64,000 nucleotides of DNA, from NCBI GenBank assembly GCA_025201805.1, contig MU619266.1:1-64000 (forward strand), given 5' to 3'. The notes under the pieces were generated by a model. It was not told where the DNA came from. It saw nothing but the letters and a program-made list of their open reading frames with translations, and did not search any database. Within the stretch, counting starts at the first letter, position 1, and each line of letters begins with the position of its first letter. The position numbers and the translations under genes are program-made. Source of the DNA: Parasitella parasitica NRRL 2501. Taxonomy: Eukaryota; Fungi; Mucoromycota. Positions 1-12,585 of this stretch are shown here, piece by piece.

Positions 1-1472
1 CTGCTGCTGCTGTTGCTGTCTTGGATTTCTGTCCCTTTCCGCTTGCTACATACATTCCGAGTTAGGACATTATGACTTCTTTGAAAACCAGACGACCCCT
101 ACCTCTCTTTTCAGTACTTGCTCATATGTATCGATTCTCACTTGGCACATATCTGCTGCCTCATGCTTCCCTTTCTCTTCATACTTGGCTTTTAGCTTCT
201 TTTCATCAGAAAACAGCTTTCGTCTTCCATTTCTTGTCTTGTTCAGCACTGAAATTTCTGCCATTGGGATACTGCAATTTGTCACTTTCTGTTTGCCTTT
301 ATGGTTTTTTCGAAGCTTGGTCGATTCTCTTTCAGTCTTCTTCGCCTTGATAGCATGGTCTTGATTAGGAGATAAATGGATCAACAGCAAGAAGTTCAAG
401 AGCTTTCTAAGTAGCTTGTTGACAATAGTATTTTCGGACCACATAATACGAAGATTCGTGTAATACTGTTGGCGAGCCATCTTCATAACGTGCGAGGACA
501 GATTTTGATGTGGGTTGGCTTCATCACGGCTCAAAACGTTTACAATTGCCTTGTGGAGAGGCGACTTTTCAAGGGTAGACTCTTCAATACTCACTTGACC
601 ATAGTATGTTGAGTGCATTTGTTCCAAGTGGGGTTCTAGAAGTAAGCATTGAACTCGTCATTCTGGAGAGAGCTGGGATCTAATGGCTTTGGTACAGTGA
701 TGTCTTTCTCTAAATACCCTTCTGGCAGTATTGACGCAATGCTGTTTCCACCATCGTAGACAAGTTCAATGTTGCCATCATTAGATTCAAATGTATACTC
801 AGCAAACAACAGAGCGACTTTGAGAACCTGCTTGCTAAAGTCAGAGGTATAATTAGATACTTGCTCCATGGTATCACCGATTGTATTGATGAATAACGAC
901 CTGATGTCGTTTGGCAAATCGTCTCTGAGCACTTGACTCAAAGAAATTGAGCATGCGCGAAATTGCTCAGCGTCATCTTGAGTCGCTCCATCATTGTCTT
1001 CATCGTCACTATCTTCACTGTCTTTATCATCATTGCTACCATCATTCTTTTCTGGTAAATCCAAAAGAGACTGGAAGTTCTTCTCCACAAATTCTGTCCA
1101 GTACTCATAATTCTTCTTTGGGCTTCCAGCCTTTTTATTCTGTGTATACACAGTGCTTAACATCGTTGTGATTTTTCCTGGACTCTTGATTTTTGCTTCT
1201 GCTTCTTGCACTACGCCTTTAGGTATTCTAGTACTTTTCAATAAAGAGATATACAGCTCATCATAGTCTCCATTTTTCTTTCTGCAATGTACAATTGAGC
1301 GTAGAAGACAAATTCGAAATTGCAACTGCAGGGCATTCCAGTAATCCGTTTTCTCTTTGGATGTCTGGACTTTGCTTCGAAGCCCACTGGATGGTTTTAG
1401 AAACGAAGCTGGAGGATTGATAATAGTTAAGCCTGCAACGTAACATTCTAGCTGTCTTTTTTTGAACTTCAT
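1..1472 (-). pseudogene. Fanzor1-like (TnpB-derived RNA-guided nuclease) N-terminal half; frameshifted near 627-638, one predicted intron (46-102), runs off the window start
   Basis: ORFs 636..1472 and 70..627 abut in different frames (…NDEFNAYF* / …LEPHLEQMHSTYYG). Segments FRACSISLSQVLRDDL…INTIGDTMEQVSNYTSDFSKQVLKVALL and MKMARQQYYTNLRIMWSENTIVNKLLRKLL resemble, by eye, the WED strand and REC helices of fungal Fanzor1. The stop at 70 lies in a GTAGGG…CCTAAC…TAG intron (102-46), after which the frame continues QAERDRNPRQQQQQQ. No RuvC domain is visible in the window. Confidence 0.55.
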
Positions 1473-2168
1473 GTTTAGCGGCAGATATACAATAAAGCTA
1501 AGAAAAGAAAACCTTCGAGTTTTGGATGGGATGTCGTGTTTGCAACCAGTTTTTACCTTTGTTGGTCCAGATTCTCAATTTATCAATCTACCGTGTCCCT
1601 AGCCTGCCAAAGCAATCGCTGACTTGTTTACAATGTTTGGATTATGTCTCGTTGCTGTCTTGTCTTTAGTCGTCGATTTTGCTGATGTAACTGAAAATAC
1701 ACTGCATTTAACAGAGAATTATGGTGAGACTTATGCATAACTTCTTGGTTATGATTGTTGTTGAGTGCATGCATCATGAAAGTAAATAGGCTGTTCAAGT
1801 GCTGATTTGTCCGCAAGACTCACGACTGATCTGAGATTTGTTCTTCTTCATCATTAATAGCAATAAGACGTCTTTTGCGAACATTAAAAGCGAATGACAT
1901 AGTTGGCACATTATTAACAAGCAAAATAATGGTTGATATGTATTGTTTTTTAATAGAATAAATCGAAAATGTGAAGGTTTATACATGATTTCTGCCTTCA
2001 GGGCTCTAATAATAACGAGATTTCGTGGCAAGTCAGGATTTAATTTTACTGTCTTAAATGTAGGGAAATATTCAGTTATTACCTTCTGAATTAGGAAGGT
2101 TTTCGACTTTTTTGCATTTTTAATTGAAGGAAATAAAATATTTTTATTTTTTTTAGCTTTGTATACTG
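1..2168 (-). mobile_element. Putative DNA transposon carrying the Fanzor-like ORF; 5' terminus CAGTAT at 2168
   Basis: The minus strand begins AA|CAGTAT at 2168. Segment 2079-2150 is repeated at 14173-14240 and includes a conserved ACCTTC-N8-GAAGGT hairpin (2081-2100). Confidence 0.5.
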
Positions 2169-2391
2169 TTGAATCTCCTAAAATAAATATTTAGATGAAT
2201 CATGGGTAATAATATAGGTTTACACTTCACAAGTCGAATAGTAAACCCCTTTGTTAGGATTCATATTATGCTAACTTTAGCTTAATAACATTGGGTATAA
2301 ATACATGCTATGTTTGTATCAATTCATGTAGGAAATTTTACTTTACTTTGAATTTTTGACATAACATGTATTTATTCCTTGTACACTAATA

Positions 2392-4734
2392 TTATTCTAG
2401 CAGATCGGTAGAGTAGGGATTATTATTAATTTGATTAGGGATAACTCGATTGTTACTCGTGGCAGCATTATAACTCCAGTCATTGAATTGAGTCATCAAA
2501 TTTGGTTGTTGTTGTTGCTGCTGCTGCTGTTGCTGTAATTGGAATTGTTGTTGCTGAGGTACTGGTTGGCTCTTGATAGCGTCAGGTCTCTTTTGAAGAG
2601 CAGGAGAGGCTAGCAAATAACGAGGTTTATAATGATTAATAAAAGCAGTTGGGCTCTTGTGGTAAATAGAAGCAAGAGAGCCTATATGAAGCAACAGTTC
2701 GTCCAAGAAATTAGGGTCCAAATTATCACTTTCAGTTGTAATAGCTGGTTTGTCAGATAATACAACGGCCTTGGCTGCAGTAGGGTCTGTTGAAAGTAAA
2801 CGCCAATAAATATAACCACGATCGCGCAAATCAGGATTATCCACCTCTTCAGTAGCCCATTTTAGGACTTTGGGGACTAATTCTTGACCAACTGTGGGTC
2901 TTTGTACGAACAATTTAACCGTAGCCGTTAGTAACGCCAGCTGAACCTATACAATTTCCAAACTATGTAAGCAGCTGCAATATATATGTCATACAGAGGT
3001 GCTCACTTCGTAAGGCTCCTCCAAGAAGGTATACAAAAAGTCGTCCAACAATTGATCTGCATTTTCAATCCTATCTGCATACTGTCCGATAATCCAAATC
3101 ATAGAAGCCTTGGCTTCTGGCTCATCCAAATCATCCAAGTTCTCACAAAGCGTAGAGATGATACTTTCATATTGATTTGGGTATTTTCTGAAGATGTCTC
3201 TAATAACCACAATCGCTTCTTGAACAACATAGTTAACCTTGGTTTGAATCAGTTCCAACAATGCAGATATGCATTTGTCAGCTGCAGATTCGATCTTAAC
3301 AGCTAATCTACCGATGGCCCTGACGGCTTTTCTAACAAAATCGACGTCCACTTCAGCAGCGTATCTATATCAAGAATTTAAATATACGGTCCTGATTGCT
3401 CACACCTAGTCTTACTCTTTCAATTCATTTAAGACAATATCCACATTCTTGTCATTTGCCAGTCTGAAGATAATTTTCAGTTTACCCAGCTTGACACAAA
3501 TAGGATCATCATATTTGCAAAAAAAGACCTTGATGTCATTCTTGAGAATTTCGGGTCTTCTTTGAATGACGAGTTGAATGTTTCGCAATGCAACGTACTG
3601 AACCTCATATCCAGAGGCAAGCAAAGTAACTAATGGAGGCCCTAATTTACGACATAATTGATTGATCTCTTCCTCGTTACGCATATAATTCATCAGATAC
3701 ATCATCACTTTCGTTGCTGTTAAAACAACAGCAGAGTTGGCGTGTTGCAAACGAGGTGAAATACGCTCAGCAAGTGTTTCCGCATCTTCGGATTCTTGAG
3801 GGACATAGTACATGAGAGCTTCCAAAATGTATGTTTGGCCCCATCTAATATAACAACTGGTTTACTTTCCATCTTAAGGCAGGAACACAAAAAAGTACTC
3901 ACTCTGAGCATTCTCCCAAGGCAGATACAAGCTTGCTAGCTACTGAGTGATTCAATCTTAATTGAATACTATCGGAGCGTTCTGAAATTTCAGTTAATGC
4001 AGCAACAGCGTTTGCCACGACCTAACACACCAACAAATTTATTAATATTTATTCAGCTATCCTCCTGCCATCGCATAATACTTACGGTCGGGTTAGGATC
4101 AGCTAATAAGTCTCTCAACATGTCAACAAAATGCTCACTCTCTACAAGCACACGATCATACATATACAGCTTTGCAACACACGTGGCAGCCGTCTTTCTA
4201 ACATAGGGATCCTTATCTCTCAGACTGTGTCGCAGTGGGTCGACCAATACATCGACAATCTTCTCAACTTGAATATATCCCATTGTACGAATAGCCAAGG
4301 CACGAATTAGTGGATTGTGATCCTCGACATCCTATAATAAGCGTATGATCAATTTTCCAACATTCTAAAACACAATGTTTGCAGCTGCTGTTACTTTGAT
4401 AAACATTGATATAGCCATTACAGCCATATCAGGTTTTGTTCTTGCATAATTGATAATGTAGAGGTAAACCATCTTTTTGATTTCTAAGACTGGCACTTGC
4501 ATTACGTTCAAGATGTCGGGAAACAAAGGCGACATATCGTTGCCCATAGTCATGTTGGCTACAATCTTCTTCATAACCGTCTTTTTACGTTGGTGTTTTT
4601 GATCACGCTTCTCAGAAGTCAACTCTGCTCGAAGCTCCTGTATTTTACCTAACGAAATGCCTGTTAACCCAGTTGCATTTAGTGACAAATTACAGCAGAA
4701 GAATACCTCGTTGAAAGTACTTGGCATCAGACAT
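2392..4734 (-). CDS. APL1: Adaptor protein complex beta subunit, AP-2 beta type (multi-exon)
   Basis: Spliced start MSDAKYFQR|[10 protein letters not shown]. Adaptin-N motifs [58 protein letters not shown]. Short Q-rich tail. Confidence 0.9.
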
Positions 4735-4898
4735 TGCTACGAGAGCTACAAAAAAGGAAGAAAAGGTACTCGAAAGGCCAGCACAAGGAGCCTCTTTACT
4801 AATCTAAATTAGGTAATGGTATTGGTTGCAAGTAATCTATTTTTGTCACCCCGTGCAGGCCGACTCGCTTTTTTCGCTTTTTGCTTAGTTGGCAGGAA

Positions 4899-6006
4899 AT
4901 GTGTCAATCAAGCGATATCAAAAATAAGTTTCTGGAGCATGGAGTACCTTCCACCAAGGAAGAATTTGAAGAATCACTGTTTGAAGACCTGTGTGATTCA
5001 CATTGCCACCCTCACGATGACTTGGAGGAATTGTCACGTATACCACAGCTTAAAACCGGGCATGTCACCGTTATGGGAGTCCGCCAAGACGACTGGGAAG
5101 CAGTGTCCAAAGTCGCTAGTTCATGCAACGCCGTATCTAGCAAGAAATGCATTCCATGCTTTGGTGAGTATATGCACTTGTCGTCTGCGTTTGATGTTGC
5201 ACTAGAAACTAAACCATCATGTAGGTATTCATCCTTGGTTTTCGCATTTTGTCATGACTCAAGATGCATCCACAAAAGAAGCAGACGACTATTACAATGG
5301 TATCCTCAAATCTCTCAACAAGGAAGAGCTAGCGGACATGGTCCGCGCGTTGGACAAGCCATTTGTCTTTGATGTATGGTACAGTAATTTGAGGCAACAC
5401 CTAGTCGACCATCCAGAGGCGTTAGTAGGCGAAATCGGCATAGACAGATCAGCACGGCTCTTGCCGGGTGGGGCAATTGACTGGCACGGTAAAAAGCCTA
5501 CCAGCATACAAACATCTATAGAACATCAACTGGCTATTTTTGACGCCCAATGCCAACTAGCACGAGAGCTCAATCGAGGCATCAGTGTGCATTGCGTACA
5601 AGGACAAGGTCATCTATTTACACATCTTAAATCAATATCAAGCCAATTCAGTGCTAGGCAACTCAAGAAGCTCAAAGTGATTCCAAACACACTTCGCATG
5701 TGCCTGCATTCGTATGGAGGAGCACCAGCCACAATCACACAATTTTTAGAGCTGAAAGGGTTTGAGATTTTTGTGTCGTTTTCCGTGGCCATCAACGCAA
5801 GGCTTACTCCTGCAAAAAAGCTGATAGAACTGATCAAAACTATACCAGAAGATCGCTTGTTAATCGAATCTGATTTAAATACGCCTTTGGGTATAGATGA
5901 ATGCATGGTCGAAATCACAAAAATTGTAGCAGAGGCTAGGGGATGGCCACTTAAACAAGTTGTAGAGATTACAAATAGAAATTGGAAAAGGTTTGTGAAT
6001 TTTTAA
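4899..6006 (+). CDS. TatD-family metallo-hydrolase (Scn1-like), 2 exons
   Basis: Motifs DSHCHPHD, G(I)HPWF, VGEIGID, SVHCV, LHSYGG and DRLLIESD. Intron ~5164-5224 (GTGAGT…TAG). Confidence 0.85.
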
Positions 6007-6373
6007 GCAAATAAATCAATGTCATTGCTCTCTATATTGCAAATGCTGTACTGCATGTCTCGTGGGGAGCTTATTGCTACTTTGGAAGGGTTACCATTGG
6101 ATGGGTGTTCTTCAAGTTATTTAAATATAATCTAGTATCAACATCAACAGTATCTTTAATATAAACAGATTTAGCCTTGGTTTTTATATGTATACTTGGC
6201 ATGAGAGGAAGGAGATCTGTCGCCTCTGCTTTTAAAAAAGAGGTGATGACGCACTGTTGACAAAAATTTGCAAAATTTCTCCTATTTGAAAAAACATCCC
6301 TTTCTCTTCTTGTTTCTTTTTTCTTCCTGTTCCGTATTTATTTTAAATTTCATTATTATTATACAGCAACAAT

Positions 6374-7419
6374 ATGAGTGAAATTGACAATACAGGTAGG
6401 TTGTAAAGCTTGGCAGAGAGTCTCGGAGAGACTAAATGCTGCATCTCCTCTAGTTGATCAACGCGTTTCAGATGAAAGAGGACGTCGCTCTCGCAGCCGC
6501 TCAAGATCACGCTCTCCTGGCCGTGATCACAGTGACCACAGATATAGAAGCCGCTCTCGCTCAAGAGAACCAATGTAAGCAGTTCAGCCATTTTTTCACC
6601 TAAAGCACACTATCACAAAAGCACACAATCACACACATATACACCCTTCAGTATTCTACAGAGACATTTACAATGTTTATTTTTTAATCCAAACAACATG
6701 AATATTCACAATGCATAATAATAGTCGTGAAGAGGAAGACATCAATCCTGGTGACAATCTGTTTATTACCGGTCTTTCTATTAGAACTAATGGCGCTGAT
6801 CTGGAAGAACTTTTTATTAAATACGGCAAGGTAAGCTTAACAAGCCATCGGATTGTCTACCGCCCGCGTTAAGCAGAATACACGATTCAGGTCATCAAGG
6901 CTGAAATCATGTTTGATCCTCACACTCGTGAGTCTCGTGGCTTTGGATTTATTCGCATGCAAAATCCTGACGATGCTGAAAGAGCCATCGCTGGTATCAG
7001 TGGAACTGAAGTAGACGGCCGTGTAGTTACAGTTGAGAAAGCCAAAAGATCCAGACCTCGAACACCCACTCCTGGACGTTATTATGGCCCTCCCAAACGT
7101 GGTGGCGGAGCAGGACGTAAGCTTGAATGAATTTTTGTTTGATTGTTTGAATTAATTTTTTGCTTTTTTGATAGCAAGAGGTGATAGAAGAGAGGGTGGT
7201 AGACCTCCTCGCGGTGAACCTAGATATGATCGCTACTACGAAAGATCGTACATGGATCGTTATGACCCTCCTAGATATGAACGTTATGAGAGAGACCGCT
7301 ATGATCGTTATGACAGATACGACCGCTTCGATCGTTACGACCGCTACGATCGTTATGACCGTCGTCCTCCACCACCAAGATATGATCCTTACCCTCCTCG
7401 TACAAGATCACCTTATTAA
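6374..7419 (+). CDS. SR/Tra2-like RRM RNA-binding protein (multi-exon)
   Basis: N-terminal RS repeats; RNP2 NLFITGL; RNP1 RGFGFIRM; KRSRPRTPTPGRYYG motif; C-terminal (RYD)n repeats. Confidence 0.85.
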
Positions 7420-8212
7420 AGACTATATACTACTAAACGGTACTACTACATTTGATATAAAGCAATTCAATTTTTCACTATCGGTCAAACAAAAATACAA
7501 TTCAACGATTAAAAAAAAACCTTTTAAAATTACATAAATAATCAGTTCACTCGCAATTTGTCAGTCTACTACAGCTGCAGACCAAGACCTGGTACTTGAT
7601 GCGTTTTATGTTTGTGATGTTCCATATACACATGTCACAATAGACATCGTTGATGAAACAGTTTACAACCTGCGACTGATTACAGTTTGACACATTCACA
7701 GACACAAACCGAACCATCTTTTGTTCATCCTCTTAACTAAGCATATATACAGCATATTCCAGACATTCAATCACCACACGTCTAGCTAAAACGCGTCGAT
7801 TACGCAAAAAATTATTTCAATCTGGCAAAAACGGCATTATTTTTTAGAACCTTCTGTGGCATAATTAATAAATAGAATCATTGATGTCTATTAAAGCTGG
7901 AAATCTTTGATTTCATGTAATCCCAGGTACAGATGTGAAAATGTGTAGCAATGACCGAAAAAAAAATACAAATAACACCCGTTTGACGAAAAGGCCATTG
8001 CTATGGATTTTACTAATTTAGCATGTCTTTTGAAACTGTTTATAGAATTCATCTTTAACTTGAGTCATACTATACGAGAACAAGGTAATATTGCCAGGGG
8101 AGTTTTTTCGACTGCCCATACACGCACACAAAATAAGCGATGTTATCATCTACTGATTGGAGAACTCGCTCTACTTCTTTCTCTTCTTTATTGTAAATAT
8201 CTGTAAAATAGT

Positions 8213-9717
8213 ATGACCACAGCCAAGGGTAATCCACACCGACCTTACTATACACCAGGTCTTCATCATCATAACTATACCTCGTTACCTTCAAATGACT
8301 CTATTCCACGTTTACTGCTGGAGGAGCCAGACCATGCTCAGTTCAAGAGCTTAACTACTCGATGCACTAGTTTTGCCCTGCTAAAATACTTTGTTACCAT
8401 GCTCACAAGCCCATTTGAAGTGGGCACAACACTCTTGCAAGTACAGTATTCCCCACATGAAGGTGTTGAGGTGTTGGGATTACCACTTGTCGATTCCAGT
8501 TCTCGATTCTCTTCTTCTGTAAGCCAATCATCGTTTGGAAATATATTTTGCACTAACGCACTCCTTTACAGATGCATCAGTTTGACGCTGATAGCGATTC
8601 AGAGGATGATGGATTCTATCGACGACCAGAAGATAGAACATCAATTGACACAATTCGCATCAGAAATGATAGCAATTCACTGTCGTCAGTCAGTGTTTTT
8701 GATGATAAGAATAGACCCATTTATCAAATGGCACCAATGGGAAGTGGGGGTGTATTAGATATCCTTAGTTCTATTGTCAAACAGCCAACAGAAGGATGGA
8801 AATCACTGTTCAAAGGTTAGCTTCTGGCAAACAAAACATGGTATTGACGACTGATTTCATTGTGTTTCTTAGGCCAAAGAGTTACTTGGGTATACGAGAT
8901 GCTTCGCACCTTGTTAAGGCCCACTTTAGAAAGCTCTTTAAATGATCTGTTTGGTCTTTATGATGACACAATTCCACTTTTACATTTGGATAGTGTCACT
9001 CCCAACATTACAACCATGCTTGCGTCGCATCTTGTAGTCGGCGTGTTATTGAGTCCTCTTGAGATTGCTAGGACCAGATTAGTAGTGCAATCAGCTTCTC
9101 CTCTTTGCGTCAAGTACAATGGACCTCTTCATGCTCTGCGCACCATGTTTGCCGAAGAAGGTGGCATTCGTGGCGTGTATATGTCGAAAAACCTGCTTCC
9201 TACGCTCTTTTTACATTTAATCACACCGTTAATATCTTGCAGCTCGCCGTTATTGATTGCTCGCCTTTTGCGTATATCAGCCACCGATTCGCCCATCTTA
9301 TACGGCGCCGCAGAACTGACGTTGTCTACTGTAGGCCTGCTGATCTTGTTGCCATTAGAAACTATCCGCAAACGATTGCATTGCCAAGTGCCAGGAGAAT
9401 TCAAATCAACTGTAGCTCTTAGACCTCAGCCTTATCGAGGTGTTTTGGATGCATTGTATAAAATTATGAAGGAGGAAGGCACTCGTCATAAGAGAGGCGC
9501 TGATGGCAAACATAAGAAAGCTAAGCATTGGATGGACGACAATGCTTCATCGGATAGCGATGCAGATCTCTTCCCTCCACCTCAAGCAACCAGTGCCAAA
9601 ACTGTTACAAGCGCATGGGGTATTCGTGGTCTCTACAGAGGTTTCAGCATGCAGATTTCCGCTAATGTGATGCTGTTTGTATTTCAAACCATGAATGGTC
9701 TTGATGGTAGAGACTAG
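8213..9717 (+). CDS. UGO1: Mitochondrial outer-membrane fusion protein Ugo1 (degenerate mitochondrial carrier)
   Basis: N-terminal RPYYTPG; carrier signatures PFEVGTTLLQVQ, PLEIARTRLVVQ and PLETIRKRL; EGWKSLFKG. Introns ~8519-8570 and ~8816-8872. Confidence 0.85.
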
Positions 9718-9846
9718 AACATTTACCATCTGTAGTTAATAAAGCTCAGATAATGCCTGCGATTTTTCAGGCTCAACGAGCCATTTATTCTGTTTGCATA
9801 CATGCGTAGAAAATCCCTCTTTTACACCCGAATTAGTCTTAGAGAT

Positions 9847-11666
9847 ATGAAATTTAGCTTGGCGTGTATATTGACTATCACTACAGCCGTATCTTTAACT
9901 CGCTGTGGTAGCTTCCAACAACATGTTCTTCAAGATAAGACTATCCCCATAGTAAAATCTGTTGCCATCATTGGTAAGTCGTCTCTATACATTTATCATA
10001 CACAGCTGGTAATCAACCAGATCATTACATGTAGGTGGTGGAGCAGCTGGTACATCTACCGCTTTTTGGTTGAGCAATGTGTTTCCTTCAGGAGGCAGTG
10101 TGCAAGTTACTAGTACGATTTTTGAGCGTAATAGCTATCTTGGTGGCCGAAGCACAGCTGTGCCCATAAAAGGCGATTACTCTCTTGGTACCATTGAACT
10201 GGGAGCATCTATCTTTGTTGAAGCAAACAAAAATCTCATGAAGGCTACAAAGATTTTTGGGCTAAACAGAACCAAACTGACATCTTTGAAAGAGGAAGTA
10301 ACTACTAAAAATCGCCCTGGTCTAGGAGTCTGGAATGGTCAAGAGTTTATATTTGAAGAATCAGGCAGCTACTGGGATAGCATGAAAGCATTATGGCGAT
10401 ATGGTTTAACGCCCCTCAAGGTAGGAAAATTTTGTTTTGCTCACATATATTGCGCCCTATGGATCATATGACCAATATACTCAAATGTATACAGTTTCAA
10501 CGGAAACAAAAAGAGGTTGCAAAACGTTTTATGGATTTATACGACATAGATCATGGCTTTGAGGATATTTCGGAGATTGTGAAAAGTCTCGATTATCAAA
10601 GTTTACTGAATATGACAGCAGAAGAATATTTGAAAGAACTAAGAATCAATGAACGCTTTTCGCAAGAGATATTGCAGACTGCGACAAGAGGAAACTATTG
10701 TCAAGATTTGAATGCGCTTCATGCATTAGCTGTGATGGTTTCTATGGAAGCAGGACATGGAACATGGGCTGTTGAATCAGGAAACTACAACATATTTGAG
10801 GAATTTGCTCGTCGGTCTCAGGCAGCCATCCAACTACAGACCAAAGTAATTGCTATTAACAACATCACCGAGATTGATACAAACGGTATTGCTGTGCAAA
10901 GATATGTTGTGGAAACGCTGGATGGAACAACCCAAGTATTTGATGAAGTTGTGCTTGCTGTTCCTATCAAATTCTCGGGCATTCATGTGCTTCCGTTTTC
11001 AACAAAGCAGGAAGAAAGACCGTATCATGCTGTCTATGTAACTTTGATTGCTGGACATCCAGACCCAAGATATTTTGGTAGAACACTAGAGAATATGCCT
11101 ACTTTTGTAGTCTCAACCGGTGCGCCATTAGGTAGGTTTATAAAAGCAGACCTTTCAATGTTTTAGTGTTGACTGGGTGTCTGCCAGTCGATAAATTTGA
11201 AAATGGACAAGCGCCGTTCAATACGTTCTCGGTTCATCGTTTCCTGGAGAATGGAGAGAGTGTCGCCAAGATATTTTCTCCCCGAGAGCTGAAGGATGAA
11301 TTCCTCGACAAACTCTTTCTCAACAGAAGTTGGACATTTAGGAAGGGTTGGCATGCTTATCCTGAGTTAGAGCCAGTCGCTAAAAATCAAGCATTTCCCT
11401 CTTTTATCCTTAAGGCTAGCGAGGAGGATGAATCCGGAATCATATACACTGGAGCCTTTGAAAACTTTATTTCTGTAAGTCTGCGCTGATTTTTATTTTT
11501 TAATTAGAACGTCTAATGCGAATTGTAGACGATGGAAACGCAAACTATCGCAGGTAAAAATGCAGCAAGGTTGTTATACGGTAAATGGTGCAATTCCAAA
11601 TTAGGATTCAATAGGAATTGTCCAGAGTTTGGCGATGGTTGGGGCATTTACGGATTAACTAAATAA
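9847..11666 (+). CDS. PCYOX1: Prenylcysteine oxidase/lyase (FAD-dependent)
   Basis: Signal peptide; spliced VAIIG|GGAAGTS dinucleotide-binding motif; FER…LGGR; IELGASIFVEANKNL; C-terminal FENFIS|TMETQTIAGKNAARLL. Confidence 0.88.
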
Positions 11667-12585
11667 ACATCAGACATATTTTCCAATTCAATGTTCCTTC
11701 TAGGCATGTTCTTTCCAAAGAAGGCATGAATCAAGTGCCATTCTCTCTCTGACGATGGCATGGTATGATCTTTGTTTGTGATGAAAACCTGAGAAACTTC
11801 TGCTGAAGCAGCACATTGTCGTTCAATTGCCTTGAACTATCAGTCATTGTCGAAATATTAGACATCTTCATCATAAGCATTGACAAATCCACAAGGCTAA
11901 CATACCCTTTTTTCAGCCTCTGTTTTGTTTCCAATAGTTGCATCTTTTTCACCTTGTGTAATGAGGATATAACCAGCATAACCATCGCCTATCCTACGAT
12001 CCACCCTCTGCTCCTCAAGCAAATAGCCGCTGATACTTACAACACCACCCAAATTGCGCGCTTTTCCAAAACACACAGTGTCCAATGCAACAGTGCCTCC
12101 TTGGGAAAAACCAAAAAAGAATATATTAGAAGGATTGAATCCACAATCTTTGATTAGATGTTGTAAAAGCTCGTCCATCAATTGACGAGTGCGAAGTAAA
12201 CCTTTCATTCTCTCTGGATTAGCTGAAGTCAACACTGTAGACAGTTGAGTACAAAAGCAGCCAAAAACGACGCATATCGATGCAACTTACAATCGCCGGT
12301 AAGCATGTCAAAGCTAGGAAACCATTGATGACAGCCCTCCAAGTAAGGTACAGGCTCAGGTGCTTGAATAGCAATGGTTGCGGTTTGTGGAAGCTTGAGT
12401 TGCTGTCCAAGTTTGGCAAAGGGGGTCTTGGAATCGCCTAATCCGTGCAATAGTATTAGCAAATTTTGGTCAATGCCATCATGATTAGGCGAATAATCAA
12501 ACGAAAGTTTGACTTTCTTTGCATTTGGTGGGGTAGCTTTGTTTCTCTGGCTTGCAGAAAGCTGCTGAACGTTAATATATTGCAT
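11648..12585 (-). CDS. Phospholipase/carboxylesterase (acyl-protein thioesterase-like alpha/beta hydrolase), 3 exons
   Basis: LLHGLGD, nucleophile elbow FGFSQGG, TQGEKD, and catalytic His in KDHTMP. The last exon ends …ELENMSDVYLVNP* at 11648. Confidence 0.85.

Noticed and set aside
627-740. An intron that would repair the frameshift in the Fanzor-like ORF
   Set aside because: The nearby plausible donors (GTACCA, GTATTT) paired with the TAG at 636 give the wrong phase. A small deletion or assembly error is more likely.
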